Positions 54,001 to 64,000 of a DNA stretch of 64,000 bases are shown one piece after another. The number at the start of each line of letters is the position of its first letter. Position 1 is the stretch's first letter. The stretch lies in the NCBI RefSeq assembly GCF_001194135.2, contig NC_069003.1, positions 3,276,223-3,340,222 on the forward strand, read 5' to 3'. The DNA comes from Octopus bimaculoides (lineage: Eukaryota). A program made the translations under genes and the position numbers. The notes beneath the pieces are model-generated. The model worked only from the letters and a program-made list of their open reading frames with translations. It was not told the DNA's origin and searched no databases.

Positions 54001-55113
54001 TCTCAGCGGAATGAACTGCCGATATATTAATAAAGAAAAGAACGTATTCAATATATATATACATATATATACGGTACATAATTACATATATACATCTAGG
54101 GGAGTGCGAGCAAGATGTAAATACGTGGAGGATATATAGATTTTTAATACTTATTTCCAAAGGAGCTTTTTCACAAATTAAGTTTGCCGTAATTGCGATA
54201 AAATCCCTAGTGTTCCTTTATCCGTTTATATATCAAAGCGATAGAGTATGACATGTTGGTGGTCTTACGTTACCTGTTCTGACATTTCTAACGAGCACTT
54301 ATATCTGTCCTCGACGCAGATGTTACTACTCACGTTCGAAATGCGTTATATTTCATCCCAATTATCTCAATTTCTGATTTAAGATTTGTCAATTTCTCCA
54401 TTTCGTTTTAATACTGTGATACAAAATTTGGCGAACTGGAAGAAACGTTAGAATGTTCGATCAATTATCACGTGGTTATATGAACGTTGTTTTTGAATTA
54501 CAGGTTAAAATCCAGCAGAGATCAACTCTGCTTTCTGTCCTTCCTGCGTCAGTAAAAAAAAATAACTAGCCAAAGCAATTTATCGATGGCATTTCTGTGC
54601 ACTTGTTCCAGTTATCGATATTCACGTTCTAAAATCTCACACAGGCGTGCAAACTTCGTCTACCTCTAGCAGGCATGCATCATGTCTTGTGACAACTAAC
54701 AAAATGTATGTCACAAGAAAACAGACTTAGATGCTCCAATGAAATCACACCACTGCTCAGTATTTCGTAGTCTTACACCAGGGGTCTCTCGTTGACCTTT
54801 TGGGAGCAGAAATAAAAACGTATCGCTCAATGAAATTTATAGAAATCATGCAGTTTTCGAAAGGTCATATTAAACAGTTTTCTGATTGTACTTCTGCGAG
54901 CAAAATCTATAATAACCGCGTTTAATCTAATCATCCTTCTTTAATTACCGAATCATTTTCATTTTCATATTCATTCTTGTTTCGTTTAGATTCGTGACTT
55001 TTATTAACGGAAATCATGATCGCTTTCTGCATCCAATAAGAATAAAATAGATATAGACAGATGTCTTATACAAAACTGAAAGTATTTATCTATCTATCTA
55101 TCTATCTATGTAC

Positions 55114-55177
<64 letters not shown>

Positions 55178-55249
55178 ATATCTATCTATCTATCTATCTG
55201 TATATGTGTGTATGTGTGTGTAAATAGAAAGATTGATACAGATGTAGGT

Positions 55250-55321
<72 letters not shown>

Positions 55322-56292
55322 CTATATGTATGTATGTATATATATGTATGTATATTGTGCATAAGCATTTGTAGATTCTATAAGCATATGTATATCATAT
55401 GATATGCAAGTATATGTGTGTATGTGATAACGCGTGTATGTGTGTCTGCGTATGATCGGGGATGTGTAGAGGATACACATGTCGGAAAGAAGACACAGTG
55501 GGAAAGAATTCGCAAATGTACTTCATTTCAGTGACATTTACCCCATTTATTCTTCTGATTTTTTTTTTTATGATCACAATGGAGGTTGAACGTGTAGAAC
55601 GTGATCTGAAGGTAGGTAGCCTGTGTTTGTTATCTGATATTTCTAACTAAAGGAATGATTGCATATAAACTCCCTCAATGCAGATATTATAGACTCACAT
55701 ACATAAATGCATGCATACATACAGACAGACAGATATAGCTTCTATTTACGGAATGCAGATTTAAATTTATACAAGTAATAATAGGTTCATTTGGTTTAAT
55801 GAGTAAATGCCCGCGTGGCAATCTGGAAACGAAATCAGTCAACTGACACGCACTTTACAAATACAAACTCTAATTGGAACAATAAAAATATGCAAGACAT
55901 TTTTGAAGTTTAATATGTGGCATTGTATATGTTATCTACATACCAATGACGGACCTTTGTATGTTTGTTAGAGACCAGTTTCTTCCTTGACGAAGACATC
56001 AAATTATTTGAAACTGAACACAGCATACACACATACGTGCAAAGCTTCAATGTGTTCGATGTCATTTATAGCCAGGTAAAATTCATTTCTGCCGATACTA
56101 ATAGGAGCACTTGATTTTCTTAATAAATGCCTACGTGGAAATCTGCAAAGGCCAGGTACGTCAATTTTATTTCGTGATTCTTAATTCTTGAGAACATCTC
56201 ATTAGCCACCAAATACTTGTTCCATCTTCAGCAAAAGTGGAGAGACTTGCAACGATTCAAGAATATACCTTCTATGGCATTTCCGATACCAT

Positions 56293-56333
<41 letters not shown>

Positions 56334-56836
56334 NNNNNNNNNNNNNNNNNNNNNNNNNNNNNNNNNNNNNNNNNNNNNNNNNNNNNNNNNNNNNNNNNNN
56401 NNNNNNNNNNNNNNNNNNNNNNNNNNNNNNNNNNNNNNNNNNNNNNNNNNNNNNNNNNNNNNNNNNNNNNNNNNNNNNNNNNNNNNNNNNNNNNNNNNNN
56501 NNNNNNNNNNNNNNNNNNNNNNNNNNNNNNNNNNNNNNNNNNNNNNNNNNNNNNNNNNNNNNNNNNNNNNNNNNNNNNNNNNNNNNNNNNNNNNNNNNNN
56601 NNNNNNNNNNNNNNNNNNNNNNNNNNNNNNNNNNNNNNNNNNNNNNNNNNNNNNNNNNNNNNNNNNNNNNNNNNNNNNNNNNNNNNNNNNNNNNNNNNNN
56701 NNNNNNNNNNNNNNNNNNNNNNNNNNNNNNNNNNNNNNNNNNNNNNNNNNNNNNNNNNNNNNNNNNNNNNNNNNNNNNNNNNNNNNNNNNNNNNNNNNNN
56801 NNNNNNNNNNNNNNNNNNNNNNNNNNNNNNNNNNNT

Positions 56837-57226
56837 TGCTTACTAACCACACGGTTCCGGGTTCAGTCCCACTGCGTAAAACCTTCGGCAAGTGTCTCCT
56901 ACTATAGCCTCGAGCCGACCAAAGCCCTGTGAGTGGATTTGGTAGACGGAAACTGAAAGAAGCCCGTCGTGTATATATGTATATATCTATGTATGAATAT
57001 GTTTGTATGTTTGTGTTTGTCCGCCCAACATCGCTTGACAACCGATGCTGGTGTGTTTACGTCCCCGTGACTTAGCGGTTCGGCAAGAGACACCGATAGA
57101 ATAAGTACTAGGCTTACAAATAATAAGTCCTTGGGTCGATCTGCTCGACTAAAGGCGGTGCTCCAGCATGGCCGCAGTCAAATGACTGAAACAAATAAAA
57201 GAATAAAAAGAATAAAAGAATAAAAA
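56837..57226 (+). mobile_element. SINE family B, near full length
   Basis: ttccgggttcagtcccactgcg B-box; cttcggcaagtgtctcctactatagcc (CORE-like ccttgggcaagt); internal TA/TG repeat; aaggcggtgctccagcatggccgcagtcaaatgactgaaac; (aataaaag)n end. Confidence 0.9.
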
Positions 57227-58324
57227 GCATCGAAAATTAAAATATCACGAAACTGTAACACAGAGTTTTTAATAAGGCATATTATTCTACGTCTGGTATT
57301 CGAGTACTATTTTTTCCCCCTCCACGATAATTGCTGGCCGTCTACCAAAATTTGAAACCGTCATCATTATTATTATTTAGATCGGTAAAATTCTCACTAA
57401 CACCACTGCAAATCAATATTGGATAGGATGTTGTTTTGTTGAAGGCGGGTATATCATGAAATACTTGATAACTCTATATAAGCAATTTATACTAAATTAT
57501 TTATAATAGCGAGGAGCCGGCTGGAAGCAGTAGTTGCATACTGAAACTTCATCATTTGGATTCCTTGACGGTAATTATTTCAATATCGAAGCTAATATCT
57601 AGAAAACATCATAACCAAATGCAATCTCTAATATTGTTTACGTATAAGTCATTGAATAACATAACAGGACCTTTCCGGAATCTACTTAACTGATAGACGT
57701 TCACATTACGGGTAATACAAACCATCATCGCGATGCAAACTACATTGTAAATTATTATACTTATGTAATAAATGCAAATAATCAACGAGTAGCTAAACAA
57801 ATTTCCGCAGCATCTAGACTGCCTCTAGCTACTTCAAAAGAATTACTATCATTCTTCTTTTAAACACAGATCGTTAGTGAAAGAAACAAAATAGTAATAA
57901 TCTGCTCGGATGCATGGCTGTTTTGATATTAGATTTCTGTTATCAAAGAATGACAATCAATGATATAAAACCAGATAAATTTGTAAAGATGTTTATCAGT
58001 AATAATATTGTACGAATTAGAAACAGAAATAACGTCATTTCCTGATGCTAAACCGGTTTGTATAATTCTAAAAATAATTTTATCAAAGATAACCAACTTG
58101 GTTTTTGGTTGAATTTATTCATGTTCAAGATGGCTTATTAATAAAAATTATTCTGGTGTTTGAATGTAATGAAAGGTATTTATAAAGCTAAACTTCCAAA
58201 CCTGCCATCTGTTTCTATATCGGAGGCTATTTACTTAGCCTCTACATTAAAAGATTACAGCGTGTTGTCTTATTTCATTTTAGCAACGTCTGTAATGTTT
58301 TTACATAACGAATGCGGGCGCAGC

Positions 58325-58490
58325 ATAGGTGCAGGCGTTGGTGTGTAGAGAGAGCTTTGGTTTCCAGTCCCAGAGTCCTTAGTTCAGTCCCTTTGCACGG
58401 TAACTTGGGCCCTAGTGATTTCCACTACAACCCAGGAACAACGAAAGTCCTGTGTGTCAATTTGTTGATGGCAAGTGGAAGACCATCACA
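58325..58490 (+). mobile_element. SINE family B 5' half, highly degenerate
   Basis: ggtgcaggcgttggtgtg..ttagttcagtccctttgcacggtaacttgggc. Confidence 0.4.
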
Positions 58491-58547
58491 TATATGCGTA
58501 TATATGTGCGTGTGTGTGCGAATGCGTTTTGTGCGTGAGTGTATGCA

Positions 58548-58585
<38 letters not shown>

Positions 58586-58789
58586 AAGTGTAAAGGATTA
58601 TCAATTTATTAATTAATAAATCAATCAATAATTAATAATTTTTTACCAAGCCCATCGGTATGAAAGCACCATTATTGGTGGAGAACTTATTCAAAAGCTC
58701 ATACATATTTATNNNNNNNNNNNNNNNNNNNNNNNNNNNNNNNNNNNNNNNNNNNNNNNNNNNNNNNNNNNNNNNNNNNNNNNNNNNNN

Positions 58790-59408
58790 ATATATATGTT
58801 TGGGTGTGTGCTTGTCCCTCCCGCCATCGCCTCACAAGAGACGTTATTATGTTTACGTCCCAGGAACCTAGCGGTTTGGCTAAGAACACATGATAGAATA
58901 GGTACTAGGTTTGCAAAGAATAAATCCTGGGTCGATTTGTTCGACTACAAGCGGTGCTCCAGCATGGCCGTAGTGAAATTAATGAAATAAATAAAAGAAT
59001 AAAAGAATGGCTGTGTGGTAAGTTGATTGCTTAGCAACCACATGGTTGCGGGTTCATTCCTTGGACAAGTGTTTTCTACTATAGCCTCGGGCCGATCAAA
59101 GCCTTGTGAGTGGATTTGGTAGACGGAAACTGAAAGAAGCCCGTTGTATATATGTATATACATATACACATATATATGTGTGTGTGTGAGAGAGTATATA
59201 TGTTTGTGTGTCTCTTTTTCCCACCAACACCGCTTCACAACCGATAGTGGTGTGTTTACGTCCCCGTAACTTAGCGGTTTGGTAAAAGGCAACGATACAA
59301 TAAGTACTAGGCTTACAAAGAATAAGTCCTTGGTTCGATTTGTTCGACTAAAGGCGGTGCTCCAGCATGGCTGCAGTGAAATGAGTGAAACAAGTAAAAG
59401 AGTAAAAG
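58790..59408 (+). mobile_element. Two tandem SINE family B copies (3' half plus full)
   Basis: First tail ends aaagaataaaagaa and runs directly into ggctgtgtggtaag, the head of the second copy. Confidence 0.85.
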
Positions 59409-60158
59409 AGTATATATATATATATATACAAGCCCACAAATACATACATACATACATACATGCATACATGTATGCACAAAATCTTACATGCATGCATACA
59501 TAAAGTGTGTGTGTTTATCTGTCTGTATCCATGTCCGACATTCAATGTGCTCCAATGGAACGACGGAATTAAAATGGATCAGTCGCTCTAATTATCAATA
59601 CGAAAACACCGACCATTCAAAATTCCTATAAATACGCGTGCATCTGCGTGACGCCAAGAGGGATAGAGAGAAGAGGGAAAACTTGAGAGAAGAAGAATAA
59701 ACAACAGAAGAATCTGACAAAAATACAAGATGATTGATGAGCTGTTGTTTGATAGATTTGTGTGTGTGTGTGTGGTGTATGTGTGTTCGTTGCAATATGC
59801 GCTCGTATATGTACGGTGACTGTGTATCTGTGTGTTATGGCGTGACTGCAATGTGTCGAATTGCAACGATAGATGGAGCGACGCACTATCAGATCGAACT
59901 ACATTTATATGTCTGTGTTTATGCTAACACTACTCTAAAATCGGGCGCTGCGCATTTGGTTTAATTACGCTTCTTAACTTAGCACACCAACAAACAGTTT
60001 CGATAAAATAAGTTACCCACCACAAAATGTGTAGTCACGGGAAATGCAATATGTGACGTAGCTCGCTTTATAACTACGCAGTTGTGGGTTCAAGTCGTAA
60101 TTGTCTGCTGTAATCTAGGGCTACCAATGCATTGTGAGGGAATTTGAGAGATGGAAAC

Positions 60159-60360
60159 TGTGGATGGGTATTGGAAAGTTCCTGGCTTTGAGTAAAAAAA
60201 AATACAGGAGGATCAGTTAATTACGATTTTATTCGACATACTCCCTTCTTAGCGGGTCTTCGGTATTTCTAAACCCTATAAAAAATCTCCGAAGGCTGAG
60301 TCTCCAACCACCCCTTTCGCGATGTCCTTAAAACCAAGAACATTCCAGCACCCCCTCGTA
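60159..60360. mobile_element. Mariner-type MITE
   Basis: Right end reverse complement tacgagggggtgctggaatgttcttggtttt pairs with left tgtggatgggtattggaaagttcctggcttt; TACGAGGG-type mariner terminus. Confidence 0.65.
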
Positions 60361-60399
60361 CATAATATATAAACACATATAGACGTACATGTTTCCAAA

Positions 60400-60568
60400 T
60401 TTGAGCACAAGGCTAATAATTTCGAGAGAGGCGTAAATCGATAACATCGACGCCAGTGCTCAACTCCGAAACGATAAATGACAAAGTCCACCGCGGCTGA
60501 AGTTGAAGCACCGAAATTACGCTAAGCGTTTTGCCTGGAATGCTAACAAATTCGTATCTTCCCGCCTT
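60400..60568 (-). mobile_element. SINE family A, degenerate
   Basis: gcacaaggc, atcgataacatcgacgccagtgctcaac, acgctaagcgttttgcctgg. Confidence 0.55.
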
Positions 60569-60574
60569 GCCTTT

Positions 60575-60685
60575 ACTCATTTACTCTTTAACCTGTTTCA
60601 GTCATTTGACTGTGGCCATGCTGGAGCACCATCTTTAGTCGACCAAATCGACAACAGAACTTATTCTTTGTAAGTCTACTACTTA
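60575..60685 (-). mobile_element. SINE family B 3' end
   Basis: gtttcagtcatttgactgtggccatgctggagcacc..tagtcgaccaaatcgac..cttattctttgtaag. Confidence 0.75.
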
Positions 60686-60716
60686 TTCAATGGGTTCTCT
60701 TTGGAAAAGAAAAAAA

Positions 60717-60759
<43 letters not shown>

Positions 60760-61992
60760 NNNNNNNNNNNNNNNNNNNNNNNNNNNNNNNNNNNNNNNNN
60801 NNNNNNNNNNNNNNNNNNNNNNNNNNNNNNNNNNNNNNNNNNNNNNNNNNNNNNNNNNNNNNNNNNNNNNNNNNNNNNNNNNNNNNNNNNNNNNNNNNNN
60901 NNNNNNNNNNNNNNNNNNNNNNNNNNNNNNNNNNNNNNNNNNNNNNNNNNNNNNNNNNNNNNNNNNNNNNNNNNNNNNNNNNNNNNNNNNNNNNNNNNNN
61001 NNNNNNNNNNNNNNNNNNNNNNNNNNNNNNNNNNNNNNNNNNNNNNNNNNNNNNNNNNNNNNNNNNNNNNNNNNNNNNNNNNNNNNNNNNNNNNNNNNNN
61101 NNNNNNNNNNNNNNNNNNNNNNNNNNNNNNNNNNNNNNNNNNNNNNNNNNNNNNNNNNNNNNNNNNNNNNNNNNNNNNNNNNNNNNNNNNNNNNNNNNNN
61201 NNNNNNNNNNNNNNNNNNNNNNNNNNNNNNNNNNNNNNNNNNNNNNNNNNNNNNNNNNNNNNNNNNNNNNNNNNNNNNNNNNNNNNNNNNNNNNNNNNNN
61301 NNNNNNNNNNNNNNNNNNNNNNNNNNNNNNNNNNNNNNNNNNNNNNNNNNNNNNNNNNNNNNNNNNNNNNNNNNNNNNNNNNNNNNNNNNNNNNNNNNNN
61401 NNNNNNNNNNNNNNNNNNNNNNNNNNNNNNNNNNNNNNNNNNNNNNNNNNNNNNNNNNNNNNNNNNNNNNNNNNNNNNNNNNNNNNNNNNNNNNNNNNNN
61501 NNNNNNNNNNNNNNNNNNNNNNNNNNNNNNNNNNNNNNNNNNNNNNNNNNNNNNNNNNNNNNNNNNNNNNNNNNNNNNNNNNNNNNNATGTATATATATA
61601 TATATATATATATCCGAAGATTTTAAATTTATATTACAATTAATAAGAGGAATGACCACCAAAGTGGATTTCTAATATGCTAAACATAGACGTCAAATCG
61701 CCTTACCACGAAGAGTGTGTTCTCAAGAAAAATCTCACCAAAAACGCCAGAATGCAAAAATTAGGAAGACAAATGAAAATATACAAAATAAAACGATTAC
61801 CAACGTATCATGATTTCATTATTAACACTTATATAATGCAAAATGCAAATATCTGCAATTCTTCAGCGTAGTCTGTCGCGTTTCAAACATATTTCACAGA
61901 ACTATACACAGAAAATTTCACCCGAAAAGTAACGCATGAACAGTTCTGCAAATTATATTTGAAGGTAACTTTCAAATATCTTCATTTTGGCG

Positions 61993-62335
61993 CTGCTGCG
62001 TCAAATTTTATATAGTGAACTTTCCACTGGAATGAGAATCTGTGACCGTCCCCTCCGTCGATACAAGAATCAGCTGAAGTAAAGCCTAGAACTAACTGGA
62101 ATCGATCCCCAAATCTGGGACATTGAAGCTCAGAACAGGCCCGGCTGGCAATATTGTATCTTCTCTGTGACAAATCATTTTGAAGCTGAAGGAGTGAGGG
62201 AAGAGGAAGAAAAAACGACAAGGAAGAAAATGGTAGCTGCAACAACGAAAGTCTCCACCACGAGTCCCTTATGAATTTTGCAAAAGACGCTTCCGTGCAA
62301 GAATCGGCCTTATTAGTCATCGGAGACATAAACAC
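61993..62335 (+). mobile_element. RTE (BovB-like) LINE 3' end with C-terminal zinc-finger
   Basis: LLRQILYSELSTGMRICDRPLRRYKNQLK*SLELTGIDPQIWDIEAQNRPGW...HFEAE then (shifted) YEFCKRRFRARIGLISHRRHKH, like QILYGEL..G.R..GRP..RYKD.LK...W...AQDR..W and C..C.R...RIGL.SH.R.H. Confidence 0.85.
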
Positions 62336-62410
62336 GGACAGAGAGGATTAAATGGTCAAGAAGAAATCCAAATAAGTAATCGGACACACGATAAAACACC
62401 GACGACAACG

Positions 62411-62427
62411 AGTAGTAATAGTAGTAT

Positions 62428-62524
<97 letters not shown>
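62411..62524. repeat. (TAC)n(TAG)n array containing a perfect 84-bp palindrome
   Basis: 62441-62524 is self-complementary about CTAG at 62481-62484. Confidence 0.95.
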
Positions 62525-62590
62525 TACAGCAGCATTAAACCTCACTAGTAAATATGTAAAGATATATGGCGATGTATTTCTGTATGGCTT

Positions 62591-62629
<39 letters not shown>

Positions 62630-63265
62630 GTGTGTGTGTGTGTTTAATTGTTGAAGCTTATGGCGTGTAAACGTATGTTTCCGTGTTTATGTATCTCGTA
62701 ACACACCCACGTAGGCGCCTACTCGTGCTAAGCAATCTACACTGCATCACATTATTGAATACTTTCAAGTTAATAGATAACGGTTTAAAGACATTACTCT
62801 TCAATATAGATATATGTGTGCACGCGTGTATGCACGTGTGTGTGTGTCTGGGTGTTCATGCACGAGAGTATGTATGTGTCTGCATGTATATATATATATA
62901 TATATATATGTGATTGTATGTACGTGTACACACTTATATATATATGCGTCTATGTCAATGGATAGACGTTTTCAGAATTTATGTGTATAATCATATCTAT
63001 ATACAATGTGTGTGTGTGTGATTCTATATGCATATGTGGTTAGAAAACACGCAAAATATGCACACACAAAAACAGAGTGAGATGTAGAGCAACACGTTGG
63101 GTGTATTAGTTTGATGCTCAGGAAAGAATGGAAGGAGTCATTGACATTTCGAACCTACGCTCTTCTACAGATAAGTATAATGAGAGAAAATAGATAGAGA
63201 GAGGAAGAATATAGAGAGTAAACACACATACACATACACACGCAGGCACATACACACACAAGTAC

Positions 63266-63339
<74 letters not shown>

Positions 63340-63594
63340 NNNNNNNNNNNNNNNNNNNNNNNNNNNNNNNNNNNNNNNNNNNNNNNNNNNNNNNNNNNNN
63401 NNNNNNNNNNNNNNNNNNNNNNNNNNNNNNNNNNNNNNNNNNNNNNNNNNNNNNNNNNNNNNNNNNNNNNNNNNNNNNNNNNNNNNNNNNNNNNNNNNNN
63501 NNNNNNNNNNNNNNNNNNNNNNNNGACAGACAGAAAGACAGACAGATAGATATATACATAGATATAGATATTTATGCTTTGGTGTGTGTTTATT

Positions 63595-63636
<42 letters not shown>

Positions 63637-64000
63637 TATATACACACCTACTGTATGCATGCGTTTATATAAACATGTGTGCTTGTGTGTGTATACACAT
63701 ACACATACAGACATACACATGCACATGCACACACACGCACATACAGATATACACATACACAAAACACGAGTACCTTTTCCTGTTCTCTCACTTCGCTAAA
63801 ATTGACAGTTAAATTTTCTACACATACTGAAAAAAATTGTCGATCATAATTGGCGTATTTTCATTTTTCGGGAAAAATATCTGCACAGTTTGAGTTGTCT
63901 GTGAGATACACAACAACAACAACACCAAAAACACAAACATCCAATCCGAAACTGTCCATTTCTCTTTTCCCCCAGATTCCTATATATGTTAATTGTTGAG

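Noticed and set aside
55740-56150. Two short diverged blocks (taaatgcc..cgtgg.aatctg.aaa) about 320 bp apart
   Set aside because: Too short and degenerate to define; probably remnants of an interspersed repeat.
57510-57570. AG/GT-bounded 61-nt segment EEPAGSSSCILKLHHLDSLT, faintly like plexin S-x-L-C-x-F
   Set aside because: Out of domain order relative to 49879-50109 and similarity too low.
59625-59660. TATAAATA followed by CpG-containing sequence (promoter-like)
   Set aside because: The motif is common in AT-rich DNA and no downstream exon was identified.
61982-62335. 117-aa minus-strand ORF from the track
   Set aside because: Antisense to the RTE LINE remnant on the + strand.

Overview
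AT-rich eukaryotic DNA dense in microsatellites, with many N gaps (mostly flanked by (AT)n or (CA)n). The SINE/LINE repertoire suggests a coleoid cephalopod (Octopus-like) Illumina draft scaffold; this is inference. Nearly all ORFs in the supplied track are microsatellite or gap artefacts, and I found no intact protein-coding gene, rRNA, bona fide tRNA or CRISPR array. Reading all frames by eye shows (i) a decayed, multi-exon plexin-like (Sema-domain) gene on the + strand spanning about 8.2-50.9 kb, with phase-compatible splice sites, stops, a frameshift and a locally duplicated exon; (ii) many transposon relics (R4/Dong-type RLE LINE fragments, RTE/BovB 3' end, Penelope GIY-YIG, Tc1 transposase, Tc1/mariner and hAT MITEs); (iii) at least four tRNA-derived SINE families; (iv) fold-back or palindromic trinucleotide arrays and false duplications beside gaps. 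All family assignments come from recalled motifs, not database searches, and boundaries of degenerate repeats are approximate.
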